Both the position numbers and the translations under genes were made by a program. Shown here in pieces: positions 48,601 through 58,693 of a stretch of DNA of 64,000 nt (position 1 is the stretch's first letter; every line of letters starts with the position of its first letter). This DNA comes from Gammaproteobacteria bacterium. GTDB lineage: Bacteria > Pseudomonadota > Gammaproteobacteria > GCA-001735895. The notes under the pieces were generated by a model. It worked only from the letters and a program-made list of their open reading frames with translations. It ran no database searches and had not been told where the DNA came from. The stretch is from positions 7,337 to 71,336 of the forward strand of contig JBNKMF010000008.1 in assembly GCA_050292965.1 (NCBI GenBank), read 5' to 3'.

Positions 48601-50225
48601 CCACAGCGATAACTGGCAACAGCCCGACTTACCAGAAGGTCACCCTGGATTTTGGTACCACCGGCGAAGCTGCGTTTGTAATGAATTATCCTGATAGCGG
48701 CAAAATACAGCTACATGCGCAATACACCTTGCCATCCTCTAGCCTGCCCAGTACAGGAATTACCTTGAATGGAAGTAGTAATCAGTTTGTATCTCGGCCT
48801 TTTGGGTTTCATATCGATGCAGTTAGCAATCCGGCAGGATCGACATTTGACGATACGATTTATACCACTGCAGGGTCGCTGTTTACAGTGAATGTAGCGG
48901 GGTCGTTATGGAACAGTGCGGATGACGGCAACAATGATGGCATCCCCGACAACCATGATGACGATAATCCGGCCAATAATGCAAACCTCGGTGATAACAA
49001 TGTCAGTCTCGGCGGGATCAGTTATAAAGGTACACCCAACTTCGGTCAGGAAGGTGAGCAGGTGGTTTTGCAGGGGATATTGATTGACCCCTTTGTCAGC
49101 AGTTATGCCGATGCCGATTTCCCGGTGCAGACTCTGACGGGTTTTACTAATGGGGCGGATAGTACCGCCAGCGCAGCATTCAATGATGTCGGTATCATTG
49201 AACTTAGAGCCCTGATTAGCGATGGAGATTATCTGGGAACAGGAACTAGCGAGACAGCTAGTATGGTCTCCAAATCCGGTTATGTCGGCCGATTTACCCC
49301 GGCAGCTTTTAGTGTCAATGTAACCAATAACGGGGTACTGGATAATACCTGCTCGAGCGCTGTCGCTTTTACCTATATCGGTCAGGACTTTGGCTATCTG
49401 GTAAACCCGGTTTTGCGGGTAAATGCATTAAATACGCTCTCTGCTATCACCGAAAATTATCGGGGTAACTATGTAAAACTGAACGCAAACAGCTTGACCA
49501 TCGATGTTTCTCAGGACAGCAGCACAACGGGGACTGATGCAAATCCATTGTTGGTGGCCTATACCCCTCAGCCAATAGCTTTTGTTGCCAACAATAATGG
49601 GACCGTCGATTTTACACTTGGAGATGATCAGTTCCGCTATGGTGATAGTGTTACCAGTAACGCTTATATCAAACTGGCTAACAGTGAAGTGCCCCCATTT
49701 GTGGCTAATATAGATCCTCTCATTAGTCAGATCACCGATGGAGAGGTAACAACTACTGTGTCACAGAGTATCAATCTGGTGGGCAATACTCAGCGTTTTG
49801 GCAGAATCAGAATGTCGAATGCCTATGGGTCGGAACTGACGAGCCTGCAGATGCCGATGATAGTGGAATTTTTTAACAATACCGGTTATCAACTGAATAC
49901 TGATGATAACTGCACATTATTCAATAATGCTGATTTATTCACCATAGCCGATAACCTGGTCACGCCGAATGCATCCATTATATCGGTAACTAACCCTGTC
50001 GCGGTTGCAGGTGTACTGGGTGTAACATTAACGTCACCGGGAGCAGATAACGTTGGTACGATTGACTTGAGTGCATTGTTAAGCGGTGGGGTAATTGATA
50101 ATAGATGGCTCAGGTACGACTGGGATGCAGATGGAAATTTTGATAATGATCCATCAGCAAGTGCGACTTTTGGTATTTATAACGGCGATGCGCGGCATAT
50201 ATACATCCGTCAGATATATTATTAA
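45606..50225 (+). CDS. giant secreted MshQ-like / LamG-domain protein, paralog 2 (1539 aa, two LamG modules)
   Basis: Collinear with paralog 1 plus an extra LamG-like module (aa ~336-565). C-terminus 'ATFGIYNGDARHIYIRQIYY'. Confidence 0.7.
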   Translation: MYKIIALTFLILSFSPRVNAASYTLPGDFGTGIFNGCSLTGSDYHCDSNISIPQNSDITLTSDVALYVHANFSIQSGFVGVNTNGNALNITVDGNVSINKQSTFTGNLEATGNVNIGGLATFTGYIVSSSVINIGQDSVFTGDITTTGSLNIGNATIVNGICTPTHPQCTGVVVTPTGCDTLADNFNSFSYSRQDGTVFWTSDWVESNDNGSPNNGDIRITGNRLLIENSGRAITRGADLSTYSSATLTFTYEESGFDTSSDFIDIEIQGGGSGWTSLQNFAGSSVGTGSANLSIASSFLASDFQIRLITSNSLGNSDRFYIDDLQIEACPGTSQPAIDFHFDEASWTGVSNEVIDSSVNSKHASISPASGLNTIANGAICRAGQFDGINDYIVSNDIFSVLKTTASMSFWIKTIQTGNDTNWLAPGVAGIEQSGGRDDIFWGWLDASGHIGISKWDTPSAKSSVAINDGVFHHIVLTRESASGAYKIYIDGVLNKSGTTGAGDVGTSFSSIGRIEDTAGTPEYLAADLDEIMVFNRVLTDAQVSEIYTNQAAGNNYDGSSRACLDTPLAEWRFDESSWSGTSGEVIDTQGNINATAVNGANTGGSNPAIAGNPGTCRYGVFDGSNDYIDLNGMPELTGSFTISAWIYANETGNDQRIFVDDQNNSNGFGFSLGDGGNGHLRFFSRGISPDIVDTQNAVISTGQWYHVAAVHNALAKTRQIFVNGAAVALTGGVTTATYTGTWGFDSGAASIGGENNSAGSEAVANWRFNGNIDEVRVYQSALTASQITLLMNQTRPCAATAVDHYVIAHSNLGVTCEAELITVTAHDASHGVINPASFTTITLTTSLANDGWTLASGSGTFTSPNQYSFSGSESSIQFWLSKKSVTTAPHMNIDVSDGTASDLDNGGAEDPGNIEFKDTGLRFYADSVNNSIATQIAGKASNINPNSQSLTLMAVETNSETGACETVVKGTTDILLSVGCINPSSCSRPLYLGSTSASTAITGNSPTYQKVTLDFGTTGEAAFVMNYPDSGKIQLHAQYTLPSSSLPSTGITLNGSSNQFVSRPFGFHIDAVSNPAGSTFDDTIYTTAGSLFTVNVAGSLWNSADDGNNDGIPDNHDDDNPANNANLGDNNVSLGGISYKGTPNFGQEGEQVVLQGILIDPFVSSYADADFPVQTLTGFTNGADSTASAAFNDVGIIELRALISDGDYLGTGTSETASMVSKSGYVGRFTPAAFSVNVTNNGVLDNTCSSAVAFTYIGQDFGYLVNPVLRVNALNTLSAITENYRGNYVKLNANSLTIDVSQDSSTTGTDANPLLVAYTPQPIAFVANNNGTVDFTLGDDQFRYGDSVTSNAYIKLANSEVPPFVANIDPLISQITDGEVTTTVSQSINLVGNTQRFGRIRMSNAYGSELTSLQMPMIVEFFNNTGYQLNTDDNCTLFNNADLFTIADNLVTPNASIISVTNPVAVAGVLGVTLTSPGADNVGTIDLSALLSGGVIDNRWLRYDWDADGNFDNDPSASATFGIYNGDARHIYIRQIYY

Positions 50226-50233
50226 ATCCTGCC

Positions 50234-50641
50234 TTAACTTACTTTCTCGTAAACCATTCCTGGTGAGTCATAAGGACGAGCAACAAAGCCCAGATGGTTA
50301 TAGAAAGCTTCTGAACCCTTAGCTGCAAACAAATGCACCCGACGGATATCGTAGCGCTCACATTTGTTCACCAGTATACGAATAATCTGGCTGCCGATGC
50401 CCTGCCCCTGCCAGTTGGGTAGCACCATCACATCATAAATAGTGGCATAAGCAACGCCATCTGAAACGGCACGACCGAAACCAATGAGTTTATTATTTTC
50501 ATAAACAGAGACTACAGCGAAACTATTGTGAATGGCTTTTTCAAGTTCATCGGGACTCAGGTTTAAACGCTCAACCCAGCCAGACTCGGTGTACAGCGGA
50601 TAAAATTCGGTTTTAGATGGGATTTTGTCTTTATATTCCAT
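50234..50641 (-). CDS. GNAT-family N-acetyltransferase
   Basis: 135 aa with 'VLPNWQGQGIGSQIIRILV' (Q/RxxGxG/A acetyl-CoA motif). Confidence 0.85.
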   Translation of the reverse strand: MEYKDKIPSKTEFYPLYTESGWVERLNLSPDELEKAIHNSFAVVSVYENNKLIGFGRAVSDGVAYATIYDVMVLPNWQGQGIGSQIIRILVNKCERYDIRRVHLFAAKGSEAFYNHLGFVARPYDSPGMVYEKVS

Positions 50642-50824
50642 AACACTGGACCTTTTTCATTATTGCGCATTTTAAATATAACCTGTAATGCGTTCAGCTT
50701 GCATTAATTTTATTAATATAAGCTTGTTGCGTCGGTGTGATTCACGAGCTGAAAAACACCTACAGTTGGCCCATAAAGCCAGTCGGTAGCATTTTTTAAA
50801 TGGTTCCGACGGGTTATCCTTTTA

Positions 50825-50853
50825 GACCTGCAATGTATTGCAGGTCTTTTTTT
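50825..50853 (+). terminator. strong plus-strand intrinsic terminator with no plus-strand CDS upstream (orphan; candidate sRNA 3' end)
   Basis: gacctgcaa-tgta-ttgcaggtc followed by ttttttt. The minus-strand reading has no U-tract. Confidence 0.65.
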
Positions 50854-50858
50854 ATGTA

Positions 50859-50985
50859 CAGGATGTACGGGATGTCGCAAGCGCACGAGTCCATGGAGGG
50901 AGGAGGGAGGTGGTAGAGCGAAGCAGAAAGCCCGAGCCGAGGACGCGCAGGAGCGACTCGCACCAAAGGCACAAATTAGATTAGA
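50859..50985. repeat. purine/GC-rich intergenic repeat fragment (family of 16272-16385; shares modules with 14670-15069 and 31271-31560)
   Basis: 'caggatgtacgggatgtcgc', 'aagcagaaagcccgagccgag', 'gcaggagcgactcgcacc'. Confidence 0.5.
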
Positions 50986-51014
50986 TGAAGTAATGCAACG
51001 AGAGGAGCCCTGGA

Positions 51015-51611
51015 CTACTCACCCAACAGGTAACGCAGATGCCTTTTTACGGTAGGCCACTCACTTTCTATAATTGAATAAATCACGGTGTCCCGGTATT
51101 CGCCATCAGGTGACTTCTGGTGATTACGTAAAACGCCATCCTGTTTTGCTCCCAGACGTTCAATTGCTTTTCGGGATCGGCGATTCATCCAGTGGGTGCG
51201 AAATTCAACCGCGATAGAAGACAGTTGTTCAAACGCATGCGTGAGCAACAGTAGTTTGCATTCGGTATTGATTGGGCTGCGTTGATAAGTCTGTGCATAC
51301 CAGGTATGTCCAATTTCCAGTCGATGATTGTTTTCATCGACATTCATAAAGCGAGTGCTGCCAACGACCTTATTGGTTTTATGCTCATGAATGACATAGG
51401 GCATTTCACCAAATTTATCTCTGCGCATCAGAGCATATTCCACAAACTGTTCGGTTTGTTCGGGTGAAGGTACTGATGTGTACCACAATTTCCACAGCTG
51501 TCCATCACGTGTAGCCGCTTTTAAACCCTCAACGTGACGCGGTTGCATAGGTTCCAGAGTAGCGTGCTTGCCGAGTAAAACGACAGGGTCTATCCATCTT
51601 TTCATTTTCAT
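51015..51611 (-). CDS. GNAT-family N-acetyltransferase (RimJ/RimL-like)
   Basis: 198 aa: 'LEPMQPRHVEGL', 'LEIGHTWYAQTYQRSPINTECKLLLL', 'NRRSRKAIERLGA..DGVLRNH'. Confidence 0.8.
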   Translation of the reverse strand: MKMKRWIDPVVLLGKHATLEPMQPRHVEGLKAATRDGQLWKLWYTSVPSPEQTEQFVEYALMRRDKFGEMPYVIHEHKTNKVVGSTRFMNVDENNHRLEIGHTWYAQTYQRSPINTECKLLLLTHAFEQLSSIAVEFRTHWMNRRSRKAIERLGAKQDGVLRNHQKSPDGEYRDTVIYSIIESEWPTVKRHLRYLLGE

Positions 51612-51621
51612 ATCACCTTGC

Positions 51622-52494
51622 CTAAAGTGTTAGTGCTAGTACCAAAGGTATCACAATTATCGAGCCCAGATTACCCAGCATAACAATTGACGCAACCTGT
51701 CTTGGTTGCTGATTGAAGCGCTCAGCTACCATATAATTTAATACTGCCGGGGGTAAGGCGCTGAATACAATAAGCATGGTATATTGAATCTGCGTGAGGT
51801 TTAGAAAATAGCCTATGGGTAAAGCAAAGACTAATCCACTTAACGGACTGACAATTGCCCCGACTAGACCAATTTTCCAGTCTTTCCAGTCAATATGAAT
51901 TAAACGTACACCCAGCGCAAATAGCATCAGTGGGATAGATATCTGTCCCAGCATTTTAATTGGGGTAGAGAGTAAGGGCGGCAGGTTCCAGTGCATAAAT
52001 GAAAAAGTCAGGCCTGCAATAGTAATAAATATCATCGGAATTTTTAGCATCGCTAATAACGAAGCTGATCGATTAAGGATTTTCATGCCTACACTGAAGT
52101 GAAGAAAGTTTTCAATCAGAAATAACACCACGGCAGCCGGAAGGGCTTCTTTACCGAAAGCAAATAACATCAAGGGCAGCCCCATATTGCCAGAGTTGTT
52201 AAACATCATCGGCGGCACAAAGGTTTTGAATTCATAATCGAAAAACCGTGCAACCGGCCAGGCTACAAACCCGGCACCCAGGATAACAACTACCCCCGCT
52301 ATGGCGAGTGACTGATATTCTGGGAGATTAAAATTATTAGCGGTGAGTACATCGAATATCAATGCAGGGACAAAGATGTCGATGTTTAGTTTGTTGGCTG
52401 CTGCCATATCCGGGGAGTGTTTACGACCATATAGGTAACCCACCAAAACGATGGCAAAGATCGGAAATACAATACTAATTAATTGCCAAACCAT
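51622..52494 (-). CDS. AEC-family (auxin efflux carrier-like) transporter
   Basis: 290 aa with about 10 TM segments and an N-terminus typical of the AEC family. Confidence 0.7.
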   Translation of the reverse strand: MVWQLISIVFPIFAIVLVGYLYGRKHSPDMAAANKLNIDIFVPALIFDVLTANNFNLPEYQSLAIAGVVVILGAGFVAWPVARFFDYEFKTFVPPMMFNNSGNMGLPLMLFAFGKEALPAAVVLFLIENFLHFSVGMKILNRSASLLAMLKIPMIFITIAGLTFSFMHWNLPPLLSTPIKMLGQISIPLMLFALGVRLIHIDWKDWKIGLVGAIVSPLSGLVFALPIGYFLNLTQIQYTMLIVFSALPPAVLNYMVAERFNQQPRQVASIVMLGNLGSIIVIPLVLALTL

Positions 52495-52530
52495 GAAGCT
52501 GATCCAAATCGATAATTAACCAGGAGAATA

Positions 52531-52854
52531 CTATTTCAATGTCCTGATGTAATCAGAAATCAATTTAGCTTTTGACTTTGAGATATCCTTGAATGATGGC
52601 ATTTTTCTACTCAGAGCTTCATCGCCGTTTATTTTATGGCGTATTTGCCAGGATCTTAAAGTGGTATGAATGAGGGAAGGGTATCCTTTTTCGGCATTTC
52701 CATGCCCATTCGGTTGATGACAGACAGAGCAATGGTATTCATAGAGTTGCTTGCCCGTGGTTAACCGGGGCTGATTGAGCTCGTCGGCACCAGTGGCTAG
52801 CGAGACTAACAGTGTACCGATACTAAATAAAACAGGATATTTTACTGTTTTCAT
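52531..52854 (-). CDS. small periplasmic c-type cytochrome
   Basis: Signal peptide, 'CSVCH' haem-binding motif, and distal 'KMPSF' Met ligand. Confidence 0.8.
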   Translation of the reverse strand: MKTVKYPVLFSIGTLLVSLATGADELNQPRLTTGKQLYEYHCSVCHQPNGHGNAEKGYPSLIHTTLRSWQIRHKINGDEALSRKMPSFKDISKSKAKLISDYIRTLK

Positions 52855-52890
52855 CTGATATTTATAGCCCAGCAGTATAGCTTGAACAAG

Positions 52891-53229
52891 TTAGGCCTGG
52901 CTTTCATCAAAAATAAGGTTAACCGGTTGTTGCATTCTGTCATTCATTTGATAGGCCCTGAGGCCAAACACACCTTCAGTATCCTGGAATATTTCTATAC
53001 TAAGCTGACCGTCTTCAAATGACTGTGCTTCGATAAAACGAATTGCATCAGCATGCTGGTTATAAAAAATGACAGTAGAGACAGGTTCGCGCATTTTTCT
53101 TTCCATCTCCTCTTCGTTTTCGCAGATATAAATTGAACCAGAGGGTTCTATCAATCCCAGCAGGCAACTATGCGGCTGTTGAAGCGCTTTACTCATGATC
53201 CGGGTAGAAGTGATGCGGGAAATATTCAT
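52891..53229 (-). CDS. hypothetical protein
   Basis: 112-aa ORF (alternative ATG at 53196) between hslO and the cytochrome gene on the same strand. No family recognised. Confidence 0.4.
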   Translation of the reverse strand: MNISRITSTRIMSKALQQPHSCLLGLIEPSGSIYICENEEEMERKMREPVSTVIFYNQHADAIRFIEAQSFEDGQLSIEIFQDTEGVFGLRAYQMNDRMQQPVNLIFDESQA

Positions 53230-53243
53230 TTTAAATAATACGA

Positions 53244-54119
53244 TTAATGTATCGTCTGGTTGAAATCGAGATCAGCGGAAGGATTAAACAATTGTTCAAT
53301 ATCAATGGAATCGAAATAATAGTCTGCATTACAAAACTCACAATTAATATGAATGCTCCCCTGTTCTTTAAGAATTGCCAGAGCTTCCTGATGTCCAAGC
53401 GCCTTAATGACTTCGGCCGTGCGCTGTATTGAGCAGTTACAGTCAAACTCTATGGTCTCGGGGTCAAATAGCTGAACGGATTCCTCATGAAATAGACGGA
53501 AAAGTATTTCCTCGGAAGGCAGGTTCAACAGCTCCTCCTCACTCAGGGTTGAAGCCAGCTGGATGACACGTTGCCATGCATCTTCATCAATAATTTCGCC
53601 GGGCATTTTTTGCAATAACAACCCAGCGCAGGTCTCAGAGTTACTGGAAAACCAGAGCCGTGTAGGTAATTGCTCCGAGTGTTCAAAATAGGCATCCAGT
53701 GCTTTTTCAATACTATTCCCTATTAATGGAACGACGCCCTGATACGGCTTTCCTTTTCCATTATCGATGGTGATTACCATTTTATCAGCCTGAAAGATCT
53801 CGGCCAGAGGCGCTGATTCATCTTTTACCGTACTATTCTGTCGAACCAGCCCGCGTATGGTTTTTTCGCTGGTTGCCTGAGCGACCAGCAGATGTATCGC
53901 GCCCTGGCCCCTGATCTGCAAGGTGATATGTCCCTGTAGTTTGAGTGTGCTTGCCAGTAAGGTGACTGCACTTAATGCCTGTCCCAGAAGTTTTTGAGCA
54001 AAGTCATCTGCATCAAGATTTTTACGACATTGCTGCCAGCTGTTATCCAGTCTGACCAGTTGTCCACGGATAGGACTGTTATTAATGATAAAGCGCAGAA
54101 TTTGATCAATTTGTTTCAT
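53244..54119 (-). CDS. hslO: Hsp33 redox-regulated chaperone
   Basis: 291 aa with C-terminal zinc centre 'CNCS...CEFC'. Confidence 0.9.
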   Translation of the reverse strand: MKQIDQILRFIINNSPIRGQLVRLDNSWQQCRKNLDADDFAQKLLGQALSAVTLLASTLKLQGHITLQIRGQGAIHLLVAQATSEKTIRGLVRQNSTVKDESAPLAEIFQADKMVITIDNGKGKPYQGVVPLIGNSIEKALDAYFEHSEQLPTRLWFSSNSETCAGLLLQKMPGEIIDEDAWQRVIQLASTLSEEELLNLPSEEILFRLFHEESVQLFDPETIEFDCNCSIQRTAEVIKALGHQEALAILKEQGSIHINCEFCNADYYFDSIDIEQLFNPSADLDFNQTIH

Positions 54120-54131
54120 GTCGATATGAAT

Positions 54132-55568
54132 TCAGACTTTTAATTTATCGCGCAACATCTGGTTAACCTGTCCAGGGTTGGCCTTTCCTTTGGACTGTTT
54201 CATCACCTGACCTACCAGAAATCCCAATACCTTTTCCTTACCCGCTTTAAATTGCTCGACCTGATCCTGATTGCTAGCAATCACTTCATCTATTATCGAT
54301 TCAATAGCACCGCTATCGGTAATCTGTTTCAGGCCTTTGCTTTCGATAATGGCATCGGCATCGCCTTCGCCATTCCACATCGCTTCAAAAACCTCTTTGG
54401 CGATCTTGCCAGAAATGGTGTTATCGGCAATACGCCTGACCAATCCAGCCAGTTGCACGGGTGAAACTGGTGAGCTGGCATAATCCATCTCAGACTTATT
54501 CAGTGCACCGGATAGATCCCCCAGAATCCAGTTTGCGAGTGGTGCCGACTGGTCGGGGATTTCATTTAAAGCGGCTTCAAAATAACCGGCGATTTCGCGG
54601 CTGCTACTCAATAGTTCGGCATGGTAATCTGATAGCTTGAGTTCATTGATATATCGCTGGCGTTTCTGCTCAGGTAATTCTGGCAGGGTGGCTCGAACGT
54701 TATCTAAATCCTGTTGAGTGATACGCACCGGCAATAAATCCGGGTCAGGAAAATAACGATAATCGTTGGCTTCTTCCTTACTGCGCATAGAACGTGTTTC
54801 ATCCTTAACAGCATCGTACAGACGTGTTTCCTGCACGACTGTGCCACCGTCTTCGATCAGTTCAACCTGACGTTGGACCTCAAGATTAATGGCTTTTTCC
54901 AGAAAGCGGAAAGAGTTGATGTTTTTCAATTCAGCGCGTGTACCCAGTTCCTGCTGTCCCATCGGGCGAACAGAAACATTAGCATCACATCGGAAAGAGC
55001 CTTCCTGCATATTGCCATCACAGATTTCCAGAAATTGGACCAGCGAATGGATCTTGCGCGCATAGGCAACGGCTTCTTTGGCACTGCGCATATCAGGCTC
55101 TGACACAATTTCGAGCAATGGCGTACCAGCCCTGTTTAAATCGATACCACTCTGGCCGGGGAACTGGTCATGAATAGACTTACCCGCATCTTCTTCCAGA
55201 TGAGCACGCGTGATACCGACAATCTTGCTAACTCCTTCTTCAGGACTGATAGTGATTTCGCCTTTACCTACAATGGGTAGCTCAAACTGGCTAATCTGGT
55301 AGCCTTTGGGCAGATCAGGGTAAAAGTAATTCTTACGCGCAAAGATTGACTCTTCGCCAATATGTGCATTAATCGCTAGACCAAACTTGATCGCCATACG
55401 CACGGCTTCAGCGTTTAGTACAGGCAATACGCCCGGCAGACCAAGGTCTACGGCACAGGCCTGGGTGTTAGGTGAAGCGCCGAATGCGGTTGATGCACTA
55501 GAGAATATCTTGCTCCGGGTGGCGAGTTGAGCGTGAATCTCAAGGCCTATAACTGTTTCCCACTGCAT
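54132..55568 (-). CDS. gatB: Asp-tRNA(Asn)/Glu-tRNA(Gln) amidotransferase subunit B
   Basis: '[13 protein letters not shown]', 478 aa. The start overlaps the gatA stop (TAATG). Confidence 0.95.
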   Translation of the reverse strand: MQWETVIGLEIHAQLATRSKIFSSASTAFGASPNTQACAVDLGLPGVLPVLNAEAVRMAIKFGLAINAHIGEESIFARKNYFYPDLPKGYQISQFELPIVGKGEITISPEEGVSKIVGITRAHLEEDAGKSIHDQFPGQSGIDLNRAGTPLLEIVSEPDMRSAKEAVAYARKIHSLVQFLEICDGNMQEGSFRCDANVSVRPMGQQELGTRAELKNINSFRFLEKAINLEVQRQVELIEDGGTVVQETRLYDAVKDETRSMRSKEEANDYRYFPDPDLLPVRITQQDLDNVRATLPELPEQKRQRYINELKLSDYHAELLSSSREIAGYFEAALNEIPDQSAPLANWILGDLSGALNKSEMDYASSPVSPVQLAGLVRRIADNTISGKIAKEVFEAMWNGEGDADAIIESKGLKQITDSGAIESIIDEVIASNQDQVEQFKAGKEKVLGFLVGQVMKQSKGKANPGQVNQMLRDKLKV

Positions 55569-57013
55569 TATTTCACCTCCGCTTTTTGCTGGTGCCAGTC
55601 GGTTGCCTGCTGGAACTGGTGCGCGGCATTGAGCAGGCGACTTTCATCAAAATAGTTACCAATTAACTGAAGACCCACCGGTTTATTGTCAACAAAGCCG
55701 GCTGGAATCGACATCGCCGGTAAACCTGCCAAATTAACCGAAATGGTGTAGATATCCTGCAGATACATACTGACCGGGTCATCGGTTTTATCGCCAATCT
55801 TGAAAGCAACATCGGGTGTGGTAGGCCCTGCGATCAGGTCAACCTTACTAAAAGCCTCAGCAAAGTCCTGACTGATCAGGCGGCGTAGCTTCTGTGCCTT
55901 GAGATAGAAGGCATCGTAATAACCAGCCGACAGGGTGTAGGCACCGATCAGGATGCGACGTTTTACTTCTTCGCCGAAGCCTTCTGCACGAGAACGTATA
56001 TACAGGTCTTCCAGGTCTTTAGGGTCGTCGCAACGATGCCCGAAACGAACCCCATCCATGCGCGACAGGTTGGATGAACATTCTGCCATCGCCACCACAT
56101 AATAAGCGGGAATTGCTATCTTGCTGTTAGGCAGACTGACTTCAACGATTTCCGCGCCGAGTTTTTTGTATTCGTTTATGGCTTCATCGATAGATTTAGC
56201 AATATCGTTATTCAGGCCTGCGGCAAAATACTCTTTAGGCATGCCAATCTTAAGACCAGACAGGTCATTATTCAGGTTGGCTGTGTAATCAGGAATCTCG
56301 CGATCCATAGAGGTTGAATCACGTTCGTCAAATCCTGCCATAGTGCCTAATATCAGAGCGCAGTCTTCGGCGGTTTGCGCCATCGGGCCACCCTGGTCCA
56401 GGCTGGAGGCATAGGCAATCATGCCATAGCGCGAGACCCGTCCGTAGGTGGGTTTTAATCCGCTGATACCGCAAAAAGCGGCAGGCTGACGGATAGAACC
56501 GCCGGTATCCGTGCCGGTTGCGGCAGGCGTCATTCCAGCAGCAACAGCGGCGGCAGAGCCACCCGAAGAACCACCGGGAACACATTCGGTATCCCATGGA
56601 TTTTTTACCGGACCGTAATAGCTGGATTCATTGGATGACCCCATGGCGAATTCATCCATATTGGTTTTACCCAGCATCACACTATGCTCAGCATTAAGTT
56701 TCTCGATTACTGTTGCATTGTAGGGTGCAATAAATTTATCCAGCATGTGTGAACCGCAGGAAGTGCGTATACCATCAGTGCACCAGATATCTTTATGTGC
56801 CAGAGGTATGCCAGTTAAAGCGCTGGCTTTACCTTCAGCAATAACCACATCGGCAGCTTTAGCCTGTTGTAATGCCTGATCTTCAGTGATACTGATAAAG
56901 GCATTCAGTTTGGGGTTTAAGGTTTTTATTTTGTCCAGATATTGCTGGGTAATTTCCACACTGGAAAACTCACCCACAGATAATCCCTGTTGAAGTTGTT
57001 TTACTGTAAACAT
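55568..57013 (-). CDS. gatA: Asp-tRNA(Asn)/Glu-tRNA(Gln) amidotransferase subunit A
   Basis: Amidase signature '[14 protein letters not shown]...[11 protein letters not shown]'. Confidence 0.95.
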   Translation of the reverse strand: MFTVKQLQQGLSVGEFSSVEITQQYLDKIKTLNPKLNAFISITEDQALQQAKAADVVIAEGKASALTGIPLAHKDIWCTDGIRTSCGSHMLDKFIAPYNATVIEKLNAEHSVMLGKTNMDEFAMGSSNESSYYGPVKNPWDTECVPGGSSGGSAAAVAAGMTPAATGTDTGGSIRQPAAFCGISGLKPTYGRVSRYGMIAYASSLDQGGPMAQTAEDCALILGTMAGFDERDSTSMDREIPDYTANLNNDLSGLKIGMPKEYFAAGLNNDIAKSIDEAINEYKKLGAEIVEVSLPNSKIAIPAYYVVAMAECSSNLSRMDGVRFGHRCDDPKDLEDLYIRSRAEGFGEEVKRRILIGAYTLSAGYYDAFYLKAQKLRRLISQDFAEAFSKVDLIAGPTTPDVAFKIGDKTDDPVSMYLQDIYTISVNLAGLPAMSIPAGFVDNKPVGLQLIGNYFDESRLLNAAHQFQQATDWHQQKAEVK

Positions 57014-57025
57014 GCTATATTCCTG

Positions 57026-57313
57026 TTATTCGATCACTCGAGGTACGCGATAAAGACCGGCTTCCACGTCGGGTGCTATGGATTGAAACTTTTCACGCTG
57101 ATCAGTTTCCTTAACTTCGTCAGTGCGCAGACGTTGTTGGGCATCCATCGGGTGTGCCATGGGTTGCACATCATCGGTATTTACCTGATTCATCTGGTCT
57201 ACCAGCTGCAGGATATTCGACAGGTCGCGAGCGTAATGCTCTATATCGGCTTCATCAATCTGAAGCCGCGCAAGATGTGCGATATTTTTAACATCCTCGA
57301 TTTTTAAACTCAT
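57026..57313 (-). CDS. gatC: Asp-tRNA(Asn)/Glu-tRNA(Gln) amidotransferase subunit C
   Basis: 'MSLKIEDVKNIAHLARLQIDE' at internal ATG 57313 gives a 95-aa product, as expected for GatC. Confidence 0.9.
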   Translation of the reverse strand: MSLKIEDVKNIAHLARLQIDEADIEHYARDLSNILQLVDQMNQVNTDDVQPMAHPMDAQQRLRTDEVKETDQREKFQSIAPDVEAGLYRVPRVIE

Positions 57314-57566
57314 ATTCGCATTCACTATTTGTAAAATGGGGCTACGGGCTGCAAACACTCAAATATGCGTTAACAGGCCCTAAAATTCTGCCGGTTATTA
57401 AAAAGGCAGCAAACTTAACATATAAAAGCGCCTGGGATAAGCAAAATCCGGCATTTCAGCCTTGCTCTAAGGCTTACCCGTTGCTAGAGTACGCGTCACA
57501 TATCAGGCGTGGGCTGGGGATCTTTTCCCATTAGGTACGCTATACTTAAAAACAGGTAAATATTAG

Positions 57567-58616
<1,050 letters not shown>

Positions 58617-58693
58617 TTCCCAGCGGCGCTGTTTTTTTCAAACATATTAGTCAATCAGCAGCGTCGTGTTTCAGGCTATAGCCTGATTATGCT

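Noticed and set aside
41258-50322. Numerous 60-100-aa ORFs on the minus strand or in alternative frames within the two giant genes (for example 41447-41752, 43121-43396, 45803-46099, 48377-48619).
   Set aside because: All are nested in long, paralog-supported coding frames. None has independent support.
53231-53446. 71-aa minus-strand and 61-aa plus-strand ORFs overlapping the 3' end of hslO.
   Set aside because: They are nested in the Hsp33 coding region, whose CxxC…CxxC zinc centre is encoded exactly there.
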